A stretch of DNA of 63,891 nt, the filler included, from Octopus bimaculoides (taxonomy: Eukaryota), in assembly GCF_001194135.2 (NCBI RefSeq). It is 5 parts of 5 records of this genome, joined end to end, with 100 filler letters (N's around TTAATTAATTAA, not from the genome) between each part and the next. Parts side by side here need not be neighbours in the genome. Positions count along the whole stretch, not along the records: positions 1 to 15,923 come from NC_068984.1; 4 more parts are not named here. One strand, 5' to 3'. The notes beneath the pieces are model-generated. The model was not told the DNA's origin. It did no database searches and saw only the letters and a program-made list of their open reading frames with translations. Made by a program: the position numbers and the translations under genes. Each line of letters begins with the position of its first letter. Positions within the stretch are counted from its first letter, which is position 1. Shown here in pieces: positions 1 through 11,407 of the stretch.

Positions 1-19
1 ATATATATATAGTCATACA

Positions 20-298
20 TTCATGCTCTCGCATACACACGTGTAAAGACATTTGAGCGAGATCGTTGCCAGTGCCACTGGACTGGCTCCTGTGCAGGTG
101 ACACGTAAAATACACTATTTTGAGCATGGCCATTGCCAGTACCGCCTGACTGGCCTTCGTGCCACTGGTACGTAAAAGCACCCACTACACTCTCGGAGTG
201 GTTGGCGTTAGGAAGGGCATCCAGCTGTAGAAACTCAGTCCTCATTCAAATCATCCAACCCATGCTAGTATGGAAAGCGGATGTTAAACGATGATGAT
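20..298 (+). mobile_element. RTE LINE 3' tail (non-coding), ending in (GAT)n
   Basis: Contains aaaagcacccactacactctcggagtggttggcgttaggaagggcatccagctgtagaaact...gttaaacgatgatgat, the same tail that follows the RTE ORF at 12700-12890. Confidence 0.75.
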
Positions 299-566
299 AC
301 ACCCTCCCATCACACACATACACCAGCACATATACAAACATATGCACATCTATATAAGTGAAGGGGTCATGTGCATATGAAAAATGCACATGTGCACATG
401 AAAAACGCACATGTGCACTGGACAGTCTTACACTCATACATATACACACACACACACTCATACAAATACATACATACACATATAAAAAGGAAAAATATAT
501 ATAAATATATATAAAACAAAGGATCTATTCCATCACAATCACAGATTTTTTAATTCGTTTTTTTTT

Positions 567-807
567 AAAACTAAACAGTTTAAAACTTCGAATACTGGTA
601 GAATTTCTCATGTAGAACATGGTTTACTCTGAACGTTTTTGACAAAATTTCCTATTTTAGAAGTTATTTCATGTTAAAGTTGTCGTATTTGGGTAATTTC
701 AACAATTCAACGATATGTATTCGGTTGAAGACAGCTACTGCTGTTTGTGATAGTAATCGAAGAGGAACAACTTCCGGGTCATTTCAGCTAAATGTCACCA
801 CTCTGTT
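567..807. repeat. Left arm of a ~230-bp imperfect inverted repeat (partner 1544-1766)
   Basis: Its reverse complement matches 1544-1766 (gaaattacccaaatacgacaact...aataggaaatt...gagaaattctaccagtatt), with a short indel. Confidence 0.85.
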
Positions 808-814
808 CTATTCA

Positions 815-1057
815 TCACCTTTATCCTTCCTTCCTTTCTAGTCAGTACCGTGCATTCCTTACTCTTTTCCTCCATTTGTTACCTTTATCCTTCCTTCTTT
901 TCTAGTCAATACCTTACTCTTTCCCTCCCTTTATTCGTCACCTTTATCCTTCCTTCCTTTCTAATCAGCACTGTGCATTCCTTACTCTTTCCCTCACCTT
1001 TATTGTTCCTTCCTTCTTAGTCAGCACCATGCTTTCCTTACTCTTTCCCTCCCTTAT
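815..1057. repeat. Pyrimidine-rich minisatellite, about 4 units of 55-65 bp
   Basis: Repeated cctttatccttccttcctttctagtcag...ccttactctttccctc units. Confidence 0.8.
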
Positions 1058-1194
1058 ATACTATCAACTAGCAACCAGTGAGCGAACTTGTTACTGCCAC
1101 TATAATTAATTTTCGGGTGTTTAGCCACTATTTGTTTTGTTTTACCTTTATGTTTTGATAACGTTATTTTTAATCTAATAAAGACTTTAATGTT

Positions 1195-1379
1195 TATTTC
1201 TCTATTGCCCACAGGGGGTTAAACATAGAGGGGACAAACAAGGACAGACTTATTTAACCCCTAAAGGATGAAAGGCAAAGTCAACCTCAGCGGAATTTGA
1301 ACTCAGAATGTAACGGCAGACAAAATACCGCTAAGCATTTCACCTGGCATGCCAACGTTTCTGCCAGCTCGCCGCCTTA
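1195..1379 (-). mobile_element. tRNA-derived SINE (ggcggcgagctggcagaa head)
   Basis: Reverse complement reads ggcggcgagctggcagaaacgttggc...ttctgagttcaaattccgctgaggttgactttgcctttcatcc, a family with many copies in this window. Confidence 0.85.
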
Positions 1380-1543
1380 AAGACTTTTATATTGACGAAA
1401 TGTGTTTGTTGTTGATTATAGTAAGATAAAATCACAACAATAACAATACATCTCATTGTTGTAAAATAAGGCAATTTGAAACATATATGTCAACAACAAT
1501 GAAGCTAACTGCGGACACATTGCCCTATGGTGTAGATTCTTCA

Positions 1544-1766
1544 AACAGAGTGGTGACATTTAGTAGTGATGACCTGGAAGTTGTTCCTCTTCAATTACTA
1601 TTGCAAACAGCAGTAGCTTTCTTCAACAGAATACACGTCGTTGATTGGTTGAAATTACCCAAATACGACAACTTCTAAAATAGGAAATTCTGTCAAAAAC
1701 ATTCAGAGGAAATTGTGTTCTACGTGAGAAATTCTACCAGTATTTGAAGTTTCAAACTGCTTAGTT
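1544..1766. repeat. Right arm of the inverted repeat (partner 567-807)
   Basis: Direct sequence comparison with 567-807. The ORF 1487-1678 overlaps this repeat. Confidence 0.85.
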
Positions 1767-1923
1767 AATAAACACGTTACGTTATTGAATTCTCGCAGCT
1801 TTGAGATAATGTGAGATGAAGTCTGTCCCACCTTTATTCAAGTATAAATACTGTGAAATTGTTTAGAACACATGGTTTTTTTTCAACATTTGAAGAGAAG
1901 ACTGTACCTTAGTTTTTAATGAA

Positions 1924-3262
1924 ATGGTGTCAGCAAGTAGCGATTTTGACTTTGAAGGTTTTACTCTTGATGATATAGAAAATATAAATGAAAATAAGAG
2001 TATTTTGTCTTCAGATGAATCTGATATCCATATTAGTGACTATTCGTGAGACGAGGAAGATTTTGAGAACTAAAATGAAAGTGATGAAAATGATATTGTA
2101 AACATGGCAATCACTATTCCTGATTTCACAGAAAACACTGGTCCACAACACAATTTGCCTCCTGATGCTCAACCATTGGACTATCTATTTTTATTTTTAC
2201 CAGAAAGTTTTTTTGAAAAAGTTACGGAGGAAACAAACAAATATGTGCAACGAATAATTTCAATTTGTGGAAGAAACGATCCACTATGGCAGCCAACTTA
2301 TACTGCAGAAATGAGAGCGTTTTTCACAATCAATATTATGTTTGGTGTTCAACAGCTTCCTCAACTGGGGAATTACTAGAGTCTTGATGTAAGGTATGGT
2401 GATCCATATATCTCGAGTATAATATCGAAGACAAGGTATTCGAAAATATCTCAGTATTTACATTTAATTGATTCTGCTAATGCTCCCAGAAAAAACAACC
2501 CAAACTACGATCCCCTGTACAAAGTACGTCCTGTAATTGATTTACTCCTTAACAGTTATAAAACTGTGTATCTAACTGGGAAAAATCTCAGTGTAGATGA
2601 AGCAATGATAAGCTATAAGGGCAGAGTACATTTTTGGCAGTACATGCCTGCCAAATCCACGAAATAGGGGATCAAGGTATGGGAAGTTTGTGAATCAGAC
2701 ACTGGATATTGTGAAAACTTCAGTGTTTACACAGGTAAAAAATATAATGGAAGTAGACCATATGGATTGGGACATGATGTACTATGGTCTCTTACTGAAC
2801 CATTTCACCATCAGCACTGACACCTCTATTTTGACCATTTTTTTCTTCAGCGGCTTTGGCAGAAAATCTTACCCATGTAAGTACTTACATGTGCAGTACT
2901 GTTACAGGCAACTGTAAAGGTTTACCCTGTGAAATGAAAACAAAATTTAAAAAAAGACAGGACATTTCACAAATGCAAAATTTATTAGCTACTGCTTTCA
3001 AAGACAAAAGACAGATTTTATTTCTGTCTACTAATGAACAACCTGGTGTTGGTGCTGAGGGGAAACACCTAGTGAATATTTGTTATAACAAATATATGGG
3101 TGGGGTTGATAAATCCGACCAATATCGGGCATATTACTCAATTGGTCAACCTAGAAAGAAATGGTGGAGGTACATTTTGTGGTTTTTAGTTAATTTAACT
3201 ATAGTTAATTCATACATTGTATATTGAATATGTAAAAAGTCACAAGGTACCTCCGGCACCAA
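1924..3262 (+). pseudogene. piggyBac (PGBD4-like) transposase, degraded and 3'-truncated
   Basis: Acidic N-terminus from the ATG at 1924, then PLDYLFLFLPESFFEKVTEETNKY, DPLYKVRPVIDLL, LSVDEAMISYKGRVHFWQYMP, GIKVWEVCESDTGY and YNKYMGGVDKSDQYRAYY...KKWWRYILWFL. Several stops and frameshifts; no C-terminal Cys-rich domain or TIR seen. Confidence 0.9.
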
Positions 3263-3264
3263 AG

Positions 3265-4135
3265 GACTACGACCATCCCCCATAGCGTTTAAAAATTTAG
3301 TTAAAAACATTAGCAAAAGAATTTCTAGCCTCTCCTTCGATAGGGACATTTTTAATAGTGTTGCCCCAGTATATAATAAGGCTCTAAAAGATAGTGGATT
3401 TAGCGAGGAAATAACCTACACACCTGTTACCAGTTCAATAATAAAGTAAAGGAAACATAGGAATAGGAAAATTATCTGGGTCAGACCCCCTTATTCCCCC
3501 GAAGTGACCTTTAATATAGATAAAAATTTCTTATCACTTATAGATAGACATTTTCCAATCAAACATAATTACAGAAAGCTCTTCAATAGACATAACTTAA
3601 AAAACAGTTTTAGCTCAACTACTAATTTTTAAAATATAATCGCACACAACACACAAAAACAACAAAATGAAACCAGCTGTTCATGCAGGGATAAAAATGT
3701 GCCTGCTAAATGGAGCTTGCATGTCCAAGACCATCATTTATGAAGCCACCGTAGACTCTACAACCACTAAGGACATAGTTTCCTCAAAGAAATATGTGGG
3801 TCTCACAGAGGGGAATTTTAAAGCCAGGTTCAACAATCACACCTTGAGCTTTAGACACTGGGATAAAAGAAAAACAACCAAATTATCCAGTCATATATGG
3901 TCCTTAAAAGAAAAAGGTGTCAATTACAACATTCATTGGAAGATCTTAGCCAAGTGTAAGCCTTACACCAATGGCAGTGGGAAGTGTGGTCTTTGTGATA
4001 TGGAAAGATGGTTCATCTAGAAAAGCAGCTTAGACCCCACTACATGTCTAAATTCAAAAACTGAACTTTTTTGGATCATGTCCACATATGGCTAAATATT
4101 TGTTACGTTTTTGGTCCCCCGAAGATCACAGATAG
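3265..4135 (+). mobile_element. 5'-truncated Penelope-like element (RT thumb, linker, GIY-YIG endonuclease), degraded
   Basis: HPP.AFKNLVKNISKRISSLS...YNKALKDSGF, RKIIWVRPPYS, CSCRDK-CLLNGAC, IIYEATV...KYVGLTEGNFKARFNNHTLSF and CGLCDME. Contains stops and frameshifts. Confidence 0.9.
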
Positions 4136-4213
4136 AACCTGCTTTTTATAATGTGTCCATGTACAAGCATTTTATCTCTCTCTCTATATATTTTTTATAT
4201 ATATCACTTGACA

Positions 4214-4322
4214 ACTGATGTTGGTGTGTTTACATCCCTGTAACTTAGCAGTTCAGCAAAAGAGACTGATAGAATAAGTACTAGGCTTAGAAAGAATAAG
4301 TCCTGGGGTCGATTTGTTGAGT
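4214..4322 (+). mobile_element. SINE fragment (gaataagtactaggctt variant)
   Basis: gttggtgtgtttacatccctgtaacttagcagttcagcaaaagagactgatagaataagtactagg...ctggggtcgatttg. Related copies occur at ~20380-20490 and ~62650-62770 on the minus strand. Confidence 0.7.
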
Positions 4323-4814
4323 GAAACAAATAAAAGAAAAGTGTTGCAAAGTAAGTTTAATTACCAATAAACATCAGCTTGGATGACACTCTAGTCAACT
4401 GACAGAGGTAGGTGACTGATCAAACTGATTATGTAAACAGAATTCTGATTGGTTGAAAGTGTCTACTTCTCTCAAGCTCTGATTTTCTGCCTATTCCTGT
4501 CGGAATCTTTGATACGGAGTATCGAAATTTTAATCCCTTTCACACTTATAAAATGTCAAGCAAACTTTAAAATTTGTCATTACCGCTTTAGCTGGGAGAC
4601 CAAACTGATAGTTTGGTAACCTGCTAAAATAAACATTAAAAATTGAAAGGAGAAAATAAACAGCTTTGCAAGTTTAACTCAGTGTTTACTGAACAAGAGA
4701 GGTGAGAATTTTAAGAAGCGACTTGTTAAAAATATACACATCTGTGAGGAGACATAAATGAGAATAGCAAAAATCTACTATACCAAAAGAACTAATAATA
4801 CATACAGTTTACTC

Positions 4815-5545
4815 GGGTCAAACTAAAGTGTCTGACCCAAGCAAAAAAAAAAAAAAATAGCACATTAGGCGTACAACATATAGTAACTGAATATGAAAAA
4901 AAAAAATTGCACGCTGGCATACAGGGGGCAGGGGAGAGGACTCGGAAAATTCACATCAGGAATGTTCTGAGTCTTCTTCACCACTTTCTGTCGACAAAAC
5001 TTTTTTCTTTATATTCGTTTACTACACATTATTTTACACCTAGTACACTACTTTTTTTTTTCAATTTTTGTGACGGGAGGTGGGGACTCAGATAATTCAC
5101 ACGATCCAGTAACCCCAGTAACACCTGGTCACAAAAATGAAAAAAAAAATAGTGTAATAGGTGTAAAACAACATGTAGTAAACGAATATGAAAAAAAAAT
5201 GCGCACTGGTACACAGGAAGGTGGGGGGAGACAACTCAGAAAATTCACACGATCAATCCCACAGGGTCCAAAAACTCAACATTAACATCCGGTCACAAAA
5301 ATGGAAAAAAAATGGTGTAATAGGTGTAAAACATGTAGTAAATGAAAATGAAAAAAAAATTCGCCAACGAACGGGGAAGTGGTGAGAGGTCTCGGAACAT
5401 TCCAGATGTGAATTTTCCGAGTCCTCTTCTCCGCCTCCTGTTCGCCAGCGCACATTTTTTTTTCATATTCGTTTACTACATGTTGTTGTACATTTATTGC
5501 ACTCTTCTTTTTTTTTTGCTCGAGTCAAACACATTAGTTTGACCC
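4815..5545. mobile_element. Non-autonomous foldback/MITE-like element with ~270-bp terminal inverted repeats
   Basis: Begins gggtcaaactaaagtgtctgacc and ends gagtcaaacacattagtttgaccc. 4815-5085 is the reverse complement of about 5290-5545. No coding capacity. Confidence 0.75.
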
Positions 5546-5779
5546 ATAATTCAATATGAATGTGAAACGACATTAAACATCGTATAAGGTAAATGAAGGT
5601 TTCTGTAGGAACACCAAGTAATGTTCACTTAGTGAGTTTACATGCGCAAGGATGAATTATGATGTTGGTGTTGTAGACGTTAGATGCAGATATCGGCGGT
5701 GAGGAATTTCATTGTGTCATAACGCGGAGAAAGTGAGCAAATAGCATCCTGGTGCAAATGCAAGCTAGACTTTTTAAGT

Positions 5780-7800
5780 CAGGCATGAGCAACCTTCTTC
5801 GATGTGTGGGCCAGATTAAGTTTTCTCACACAGGCCAGAGCCCTAATTACAGACTTACAAAATATGTATACAAGTATTTGCTTTATAATATAAAAAGGAT
5901 ATTAAAATAAGGGTAAGAACAGAACAATTTATTAATATAAAACAAATGTAGTTGAATCAGTAAAATAAACTATTTATTATCATAGGGAGAAAATAGCCAT
6001 GAAACATTATTCAAATGGGATATTTGGGGTTGATGTTTCTTCACTAACATCTTGATGTTTGAAGAAATGCTACTCTCAAGTTATTTTCAAGATGATTATC
6101 AGTTAGTCTTCATCTTGCTTTGGATTTAGCAGATTTCATTTTTGAGAATAGCTGCTCACATTTATATGTGCTCCCAAAGAGTGACATTTTCTTTCTAGCA
6201 AAATCCACTATTAAGAGAAAATTTTCTCTAGGTAGGCTTTTATAAAACTCTATTAGTGAATGATCTCCTCATTTCTCATTTTAAATCTTCATTCCCTTGG
6301 AGTTCAATTAATTCCCTCCGTAATTCCTCATGAGCCTGGTTAATACTGATATCAAAAGATAAAGAAAATATATGTAGATTTGTTTCTTGTGATTTGAAAT
6401 CTTGAAATCTATTACTGAATTTTTTGTTGGTCAATTTTACCTCATCTGCCTAAGAAGTACAATCAATTTTGCCATGAATTGCCAATGTTGGGAAATGGAA
6501 TGTATTGCGATTTCTGAGATGTCGTTCCCACAGCTTTTGTTTTGAAATGTTTTGATATGATTGTATGACTGGTGAATGAATTGGCCATCTCCATGCAATT
6601 TCAAATTAAGGTCATTAAGATATGAAATAAAGTCAATAAGTAAAGCAAGATCACATATCCAGCCATCATCACTCAATTCAGGCCTAGACTTTCCTTTCAT
6701 TTCCATGAATGTAAAAATTTCACTCCTCAGATCATAAAATTGTTTCAACATTTTTCCTTTACTCAACCATCGCACCTCACAATAGATAACCAAATCTCCA
6801 TATTCTGACTCGATATCCCCAAGAAATTCTTTAAACTGGTGGTGATTCAAAGCTCGAGATTTTATAAAATTTATACTCGAAACAACCTTGGATATGACAT
6901 GTTCAAATTTGAGTGACTTGGCGCACAAATTCTCCTGGTGAATTATGCAATGAAAAATGGATAAATATTTTGTGTCTATATTCATAGAAGCCAATTCTGA
7001 TCTGATTTTAGAAACTAAGCCTGCTTTACTACCAACCATAGCGGGAGCATCATCATCTGTTGATAAACCATGAAGGTTTTTGAAATGTAGATTAAATCTG
7101 GCCATTAACATTTCCTCCCCAGTGGTGGTATTTTTCATTCCCCAAGGACCAAGCATTTCTTCTGTGATATTTAAATCTTCATCAATTCCATATACAAAAC
7201 TGCAAGTTGGGCTGTATTTGACACGTCTGTGCTCTCATCATTAGCTAAGGAAAAATATTTAAAATGCGAAGAAAGTCTTTTCAAGCCTAATTCTACATTA
7301 GTTGCAAGTTTGTCAGTCCATCTTGTTACAGTTCTTCTACAAGACAAACAAATATTATCAATTCCTCTTTTTTTACCTGAACAAAAAATTTCAGCTACTG
7401 CTTGTAGGCATTCTTTTACAAATTCACCATCGGAATAATTTTTCGAATGTTTTGCAGTTTTCTCGCTAATGATATAACTGACTCGAATAATATTTTCCGT
7501 ATCTTCACGTCTCTTGACTAAAAATTGTCAGACACTCTTTCAAATCTTTTATTAAATTTTCAACTTTTTGTTTCCTACGTTGACCCTGAAAACTTTCATA
7601 ATGAGACATGAGCATTTGGAGATGTAGTCTCTTTTTACATTATATTCTTTAATGACAGAAACTGATTCTGAGCAGAGTAAACACACTGGTTTGTATTTGA
7701 TTTGTATGAAAAAAATAATCATCAGTCCACTTTTCTTGGAACACTCAGGATTCGTTATCCACTTATCCCTTTTTTGATGACATTTTAGGGTTGGATAATT
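5780..7800 (-). mobile_element. hAT DNA transposon (GTF2IRD2/SPIN/Buster-like), one terminus retained
   Basis: hAT-type terminus caggcatgagcaacc at 5780. The transposase remnant lies on the minus strand. The other end is not visible before the RTE at 7812. Confidence 0.8.
6013..7783 (-). pseudogene. hAT transposase pseudogene (GTF2IRD2-like)
   Basis: N-terminal FQEKW...KPVCLLCSESVSVIKEYNVKR (BED-like), STDDDAPAMVG, FHCIIHQENLCAK, CEVRWLSKGKML and C-terminal SLFGSTYKCEQLFSKMK. Frameshifts and stops present. Confidence 0.9.
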
Positions 7801-7811
7801 CGAGGAAAAAA

Positions 7812-9109
7812 TATAGATAGTGGTAACAGAGCTATCACGCTGTTAGATCAGGTAATGAAAGTCATGGAGAGGGTCATAGCCCAACTAATTGGGGAGCGAA
7901 ACAGTTTAGATGAGATGCAGTTTGGGTTCGTGCCAGGGAAAAGCACCACTGATGCTATATTTCTGGTTAGACAGCTGCAGGAGAAATACCTAGCCAGGGA
8001 TAAACCTCTGTACCTGGCTTTCGTTAACATGGAGAAAGCCTGTGACAGGGTCTCCCGATCCCTTATCTGGTGGTCAATGAGGAAACTAGGGATAGAAGAA
8101 TGGTTAGTGAGAGCTATGCGAGTCATGTACAGAGACGCTGTCAGTAAGGTGAGGGTTGGCAATGAGTACAGTGAAGAATTCCAGGTAGAGGTAGGGGTCC
8201 ACCAAGGTTCTGTCCTCAGCCCCCTCCTATTTATCATAGTCCTCCAGGCAATAACAGAGGAATTCAAGACAGGATGCCCTTGGGAGCTCCTCTATGCTGA
8301 TGACCTTGCACTAATTGCTGAATCACTATCAGAACTAGAGGATAAGTTTCAGGTGTGGATGCAGGGACTAGAATCGAAGGGCCTTAGGGTCAACTTAGCT
8401 AAAACCAAAGTTCTTATAAGTAGGAAGGTAGACAAAACACAGACCCCTTCAGGTAGCTGGCCCTGCTCGATCTGTAGAAAAGATGTAGGTAGAAACTCTA
8501 TAAGATGTACCCAGTGCAAGCTATGGACACATGAGAGGTGCAGCAATATCAAAGGCAGGTTAACTAGGAAGTTAGTTTTTGTATGTGGCAGATGTTCAGG
8601 TGCAATAAACACTGAAAATATGCAGAAAACAACTTCTGTCTCATTCCAGGGAGAAAAACTAGACTTAATTGATATCTTCCACTATCTAGGTGACCAAGTT
8701 AGTAGTGGGGGTAGGTGCGCTGAAAGTGTAGCGGCTAGGATAAGAATAGCTTGGGCAAAGTTCAGAGAGCTCTTACCTCTGCAGGCAACAAAGGGCCTCT
8801 CGCTCAGAGTAAAAGGAGGACTGTATGACGCATGTGTACGAACAGCCATGCTACATGGCAGTGAAACATGGGCCTTGACTGCTGAGGACATGCGTAAGCT
8901 CGCAAGGAATGAAGCCAGTATGCTCCGATGGATGAGTAATATCAGTGCACATTCCCAACAGAGTGTAAGCATCTTGAGAGAAAAGTTGAACCTAAGTAGC
9001 ATCAGTTGTGGTGTGCAAGAGAGACGATTGCGCTGGAATGGATATGTGGCGAGAATGGATGAGGATAGCTGTGTGAAAAAGTGCCACATCCTAGCGGTTT
9101 AGGGAACCC
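7812..9109 (+). mobile_element. RTE-clade LINE, 5'-truncated
   Basis: Starts at the RT N-terminus (GNRAITLLDQVMKV) and runs into the assembly gap at 9110. Confidence 0.9.
7855..9102 (+). CDS. RTE reverse transcriptase (partial ORF, 415 aa) with embedded PHD-like finger
   Basis: EMQFGFVPGKSTTDAIF, VGVHQGSVLSPLLF, LLYADDLAL, CSIC...CTQC...H..C...CGRC, AMLHGSETW and RRLRWNGYVARM. No internal stop. Confidence 0.85.
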   Translation: MKVMERVIAQLIGERNSLDEMQFGFVPGKSTTDAIFLVRQLQEKYLARDKPLYLAFVNMEKACDRVSRSLIWWSMRKLGIEEWLVRAMRVMYRDAVSKVRVGNEYSEEFQVEVGVHQGSVLSPLLFIIVLQAITEEFKTGCPWELLYADDLALIAESLSELEDKFQVWMQGLESKGLRVNLAKTKVLISRKVDKTQTPSGSWPCSICRKDVGRNSIRCTQCKLWTHERCSNIKGRLTRKLVFVCGRCSGAINTENMQKTTSVSFQGEKLDLIDIFHYLGDQVSSGGRCAESVAARIRIAWAKFRELLPLQATKGLSLRVKGGLYDACVRTAMLHGSETWALTAEDMRKLARNEASMLRWMSNISAHSQQSVSILREKLNLSSISCGVQERRLRWNGYVARMDEDSCVKKCHILAV

Positions 9110-10108
9110 NNNNNNNNNNNNNNNNNNNNNNNNNNNNNNNNNNNNNNNNNNNNNNNNNNNNNNNNNNNNNNNNNNNNNNNNNNNNNNNNNNNNNNNNNNN
9201 NNNNNNNNNNNNNNNNNNNNNNNNNNNNNNNNNNNNNNNNNNNNNNNNNNNNNNNNNNNNNNNNNNNNNNNNNNNNNNNNNNNNNNNNNNNNNNNNNNNN
9301 NNNNNNNNNNNNNNNNNNNNNNNNNNNNNNNNNNNNNNNNNNNNNNNNNNNNNNNNNNNNNNNNNNNNNNNNNNNNNNNNNNNNNNNNNNNNNNNNNNNN
9401 NNNNNNNNNNNNNNNNNNNNNNNNNNNNNNNNNNNNNNNNNNNNNNNNNNNNNNNNNNNNNNNNNNNNNNNNNNNNNNNNNNNNNNNNNNNNNNNNNNNN
9501 NNNNNNNNNNNNNNNNNNNNNNNNNNNNNNNNNNNNNNNNNNNNNNNNNNNNNNNNNNNNNNNNNNNNNNNNNNNNNNNNNNNNNNNNNNNNNNNNNNNN
9601 NNNNNNNNNNNNNNNNNNNNNNNNNNNNNNNNNNNNNNNNNNNNNNNNNNNNNNNNNNNNNNNNNNNNNNNNNNNNNNNNNNNNNNNNNNNNNNNNNNNN
9701 NNNNNNNNNNNNNNNNNNNNNNNNNNNNNNNNNNNNNNNNNNNNNNNNNNNNNNNNNNNNNNNNNNNNNNNNNNNNNNNNNNNNNNNNNNNNNNNNNNNN
9801 NNNNNNNNNNNNNNNNNNNNNNNNNNNNNNNNNNNNNNNNNNNNNNNNNNNNNNNNNNNNNNNNNNNNNNNNNNNNNNNNNNNNNNNNNNNNNNNNNNNN
9901 NNNNNNNNNNNNNNNNNNNNNNNNNNNNNNNNNNNNNNNNNNNNNNNNNNNNNNNNNNNNNNNNNNNNNNNNNNNNNNNNNNNNNNNNNNNNNNNNNNNN
10001 NNNNNNNNNNNNNNNNNNNNNNNNNNNNNNNNNNNNNNNNNNNNNNNNNNNNNNNNNNNNNNNNNNNNNNNNNNNNNNNNNNNNNNNNNNNNNNNNNNNN
10101 NNNNNNNN

Positions 10109-11235
10109 TTTAGTGTCCAATTTACCTCGATTTCGATTTCACTTGCCTCAACAGGTCTTCGCAAGTGGAGTTTAGTGTCCAATGAAGGAAGGAAGGAAGG
10201 TACGCATAAGTGGACTGGCTGGGCCTTAGATTTAGGTCTCACTTGGCTTGCTGGGTCTTCTCACGCACAGCATATTTCCAATTGGCAGAGTTTCTACAGC
10301 TAGATGCCCTTCCTAACGCCTACCACTCAGAGAGTGTAGTGGGTGCTTTTACGTGCCACCGGCATGAAGGCCAGTCGAGCAGTACTGGTAACTGCCACGC
10401 TCAAAATGGTGTATTTTATGTGCCACCCGCACAAGAGCCAATCCAGGGGCACTGGCAACGATCTCTATGAAGGCCAGTCAGGCGGTACTGGCTATAGCCA
10501 CGCTCAAAATGGTATATTTTGTATGCCACCCGCACAAGAGCCAGTCCAGGGGCACTGGCAACGATCTCACTCGAAGGTCCTTACACAGGCTGCCGGCACA
10601 AGTGCCAGAAAGGCGATGCTGGGCACAGGTGCCATCACAATTTCGATTTCGCTTGCCCCAATAAATCTTCACAAGCTGAGTTTCGTGTCCAATGAAGGAG
10701 ACGGCGTTGGCATGGGTGCCAGTCATCGAATTTAACTTGATTTCGATTTCACTTGCCTCAACAGGTCTTCGCAAGTGGAGTTTAGTGTCCAATTTAACTC
10801 GATTTCAATTTCACTTGCCTCAACAGGTCTTCACAAGTGGAGTTTAGTGTCCAACTTAACTCGATTTCGATTTCACTTGCCTCAACAGTTCTTCGCTAGT
10901 GGAGTTTAGAGTCCAATGAAGGAAGGTATGCATAAGTGGACTGGCTGAGGCCATAGATTTAGGTCTCACTTGGCTTGCCGGGTCTCACTTGGCTTGCCGG
11001 GTCTTCTCATGCACAGCATATTTCAAAAGGTCTCGGTCAGAAGTCATCACCTCGGTGAGGTCCAATGTTCGAAGGTCGTGCCTCACCACGTCATCCCAGG
11101 TCTTCCTGGGCCTACCTCTTCCACAGGTTCCCTCAACAGCTAAGGTGTGGCACTTTTTCACACAGCTATCTTCATCCATTCTCGCTACATAACCATACCA
11201 GCGCAATCATCTCTCTTGCACACCACAACTGATAC
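10109..11235 (-). mobile_element. Nested RTE 3' ends: ORF C-terminus plus 3' UTRs with tandem duplications
   Basis: ORF 10985-11206 (RWYGYVARMDEDSCVKKC...GRGRPRKTWDDVV). About 60-bp units ttagtgtccaatttaactcgatttcgatttcacttgcctcaacaggtcttcgcaagtggag, and a ~100-bp duplication at 10365-10565. Confidence 0.85.
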
Positions 11236-11407
11236 ACATATATATTAATAATAATAATATGACAACAAAACAAAAAATGAGACCTCAATATTATGTAAAA
11301 TAAAGGAATGTGTCTATAAATGTAATATGTGACAATGAGTTTTATTATGACAACCAACTAATTGTCACATATATATATATAAATAAATATATATATATAT
11401 ATATTTT

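Noticed and set aside
4110-4142. Hammerhead-like ccgaagatcacagatagaacc at the end of the first Penelope copy
   Set aside because: Both core boxes are mutated and no stems I or III are visible.
9002-10242. Long ORFs in the ORF track spanning N runs (also at 14148, 18484, 45693, 58391 and others)
   Set aside because: They are open only because N codons are not stops.
10730-10915. Regular ~60-bp repeats reminiscent of a CRISPR array
   Set aside because: Tandem units without unique spacers, inside an RTE 3' UTR in a eukaryotic context.
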